A DNA stretch of 64,000 nt from positions 1-64,000 of the forward strand of contig JABANN010000065.1 of the NCBI GenBank assembly GCA_013115125.1. Direction: 5' to 3'. The notes below the pieces were generated by a model. That model saw only the letters and a list, made by a program, of their open reading frames with translations, did not search any database and was not told the origin of the DNA. The DNA comes from Perkinsus olseni. Lineage: Eukaryota. This document shows positions 62,481 to 64,000 of the stretch, piece after piece; the stretch's first letter is position 1, and every line of letters starts with the position of its first letter. The translations under genes and the position numbers were made by a program.

Positions 62481-64000
62481 ATGATACTACGGGAGCGGCG
62501 GAAGCCCCCAGCAGCCGCGTCATCATCCAGCAACTCTGAGGAGGAGTACTGCATCGGTCTTGACGCACTCGAGCAGATGGACAAAGCTTTGGCGAATCTT
62601 GAAGAAGAGCAGGAGGAGCATGAGGAGGAGGATCGGCGGCGGCCCTCCAATGCAGAGGCACGTCCTCGGCGGGTGAGGGCGCCTTACACGCCTTGTTACT
62701 GCTGCTGCTACTGTAGTGTGTGCAGGCCCGGCAGCAGCAGAGCAGTAAGCCTATGAGCGCTGAGGCCACCAGCAGCAGTAGTCCTAGTAGCAGCATAACA
62801 CCTAGCCCATCCCCTTCATCACCATCATCATCACTATCGGATGAGAGCTCAGAAGAGGGCCCTGATCTCGAGGGAGCCACTATCGTTGCACGTACGATGC
62901 GAGACGACGAGTTGTGGTTATTGGTGAAGCCTAAGGATGAGGCGTAAGCCCTATCTGGCCATAGACGCTCCTCCTATCGTCCTATCCCTTGATAGGTGGA
63001 ATAAAGTGCTGTGGGCGCCCTATGAGGTTTGCTGCGAAGAGGACTCCGCCTTCAAGCAGAGGGTGGGTGTCCCAGCAGCAGTTGGGCTCGATCCGTACTC
63101 GTTGTTAGTATTCCAACTTCAAAAGGAAGTATCGTGAATCGGAGGGGCCACATGCTGTGGACTTCGTACCCAATAGGAAGGACAGAAGTGAGCTCACCAG
63201 CATGCTAGTCGAATGCCCTTACTAGACATCAGGTACCAGTACTGGCAGCAGTGCCGATGCTCCTGCTCCTGCTCCTCCTGCTGCTGCCGCTGGGGCTATC
63301 ACTAGATCTACTAGAGCCTCCATGAGTGGATCAGCAGTGATTGATATGCCTCAGAAGGAGCTGCTGGAAGTGCTAGTCGAGCGTGGGGTCATCAATGAGG
63401 AATGGTAAGCCGAGAGCAGTAGCGGTGATGGGGATGGTACCGTCCTTACAGGCTGGCACCCGATCATTTACTGACCTTTAGTAAGGTGGGGGACTCGAAG
63501 GTTTGGTTGGTGCAATGGGGAGGTCTACCAGTCTCTGAGGCTACATGGGAAGATGAGTCCCCGACTGATGTGAGTGGGTGGCATCCTTAGGTTGAGCGTA
63601 AAAGATACAAAATAGGTTGAGCGAGAGTCGTATGTGTATCTTCTCAGACCCCTCAAGAGTTGATCGATGAGTGGAATAAGTGGAATGATGTAGGATTGAC
63701 TTGGGTCGCCCCCCTATCCTCCACCGTACCCCATGCCAGGCCGCACGCAAGCATCGATGGCAGAAAATAGCTGATGACTATATAGCGACGCATGGAGATG
63801 AGATAGAAGATAGAGAGGAGATAGCAGCATCCAAGAGGTCAGTCATAGTCTACAGCGATCACTACCACCACGATGATACTCAATTCTCGCGCGCCTGGAA
63901 ATTCAGAAGCACCGGGCCCCCTCTACTGAATCTCAGGAGCGCTTCCGGCATTGAATTTAGCGTGTTGAGGACGATTCTGAGAGCGCTCTTGTAGCTCAAG
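62481..64000 (+). CDS. 5' part of a second chromodomain protein paralogous to the CHD N-terminus
   Basis: KELLEVLVERGVINEEW...KVWLVQWGGLPVSEATWE...ELIDEW aligns with the CHD segment ALLDELVDRGLIKEEW...QWMVKWKGLQMTHATWE...ELIDAW. The gene appears to run off the window. Confidence 0.7.

Overview
Gene-dense eukaryotic DNA with many ~45-55 nt GT-AG introns. Gene content and style point to a Perkinsus-like alveolate (inference). The ORF track is fragmented by introns, so I spliced the gene models by eye and some ends are approximate. Recognisable genes: a PETTVVPSNL-repeat mucin-like protein, a WRKY19-like CxxxGC/CxxHG zinc-finger repeat protein, a secreted Cys-rich protein, mRNA-capping guanylyltransferase, a C3H-type Zn-finger protein, an astacin metalloprotease, a frameshifted intronless GH19 chitinase, an HPR/OPR-like helical-repeat protein, an ABHD18-like hydrolase, a ~15 kb CHD chromatin remodeller with a C-terminal HMG box, an M14 carboxypeptidase and a second chromodomain paralog. 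Main unexplained signals: (1) a tRNA-less extended Pol III B-box (GGTTCGATCCC-N9-CAT), about 12 copies, mostly inside tiny introns; (2) a second dispersed motif, GCGGAGCGAAGC, also mostly intronic; (3) a bacterial-type NusB domain flanked by RS/RE-rich tails; (4) highly structured RNAs in unusually long introns, one with RNase MRP-like landmarks.
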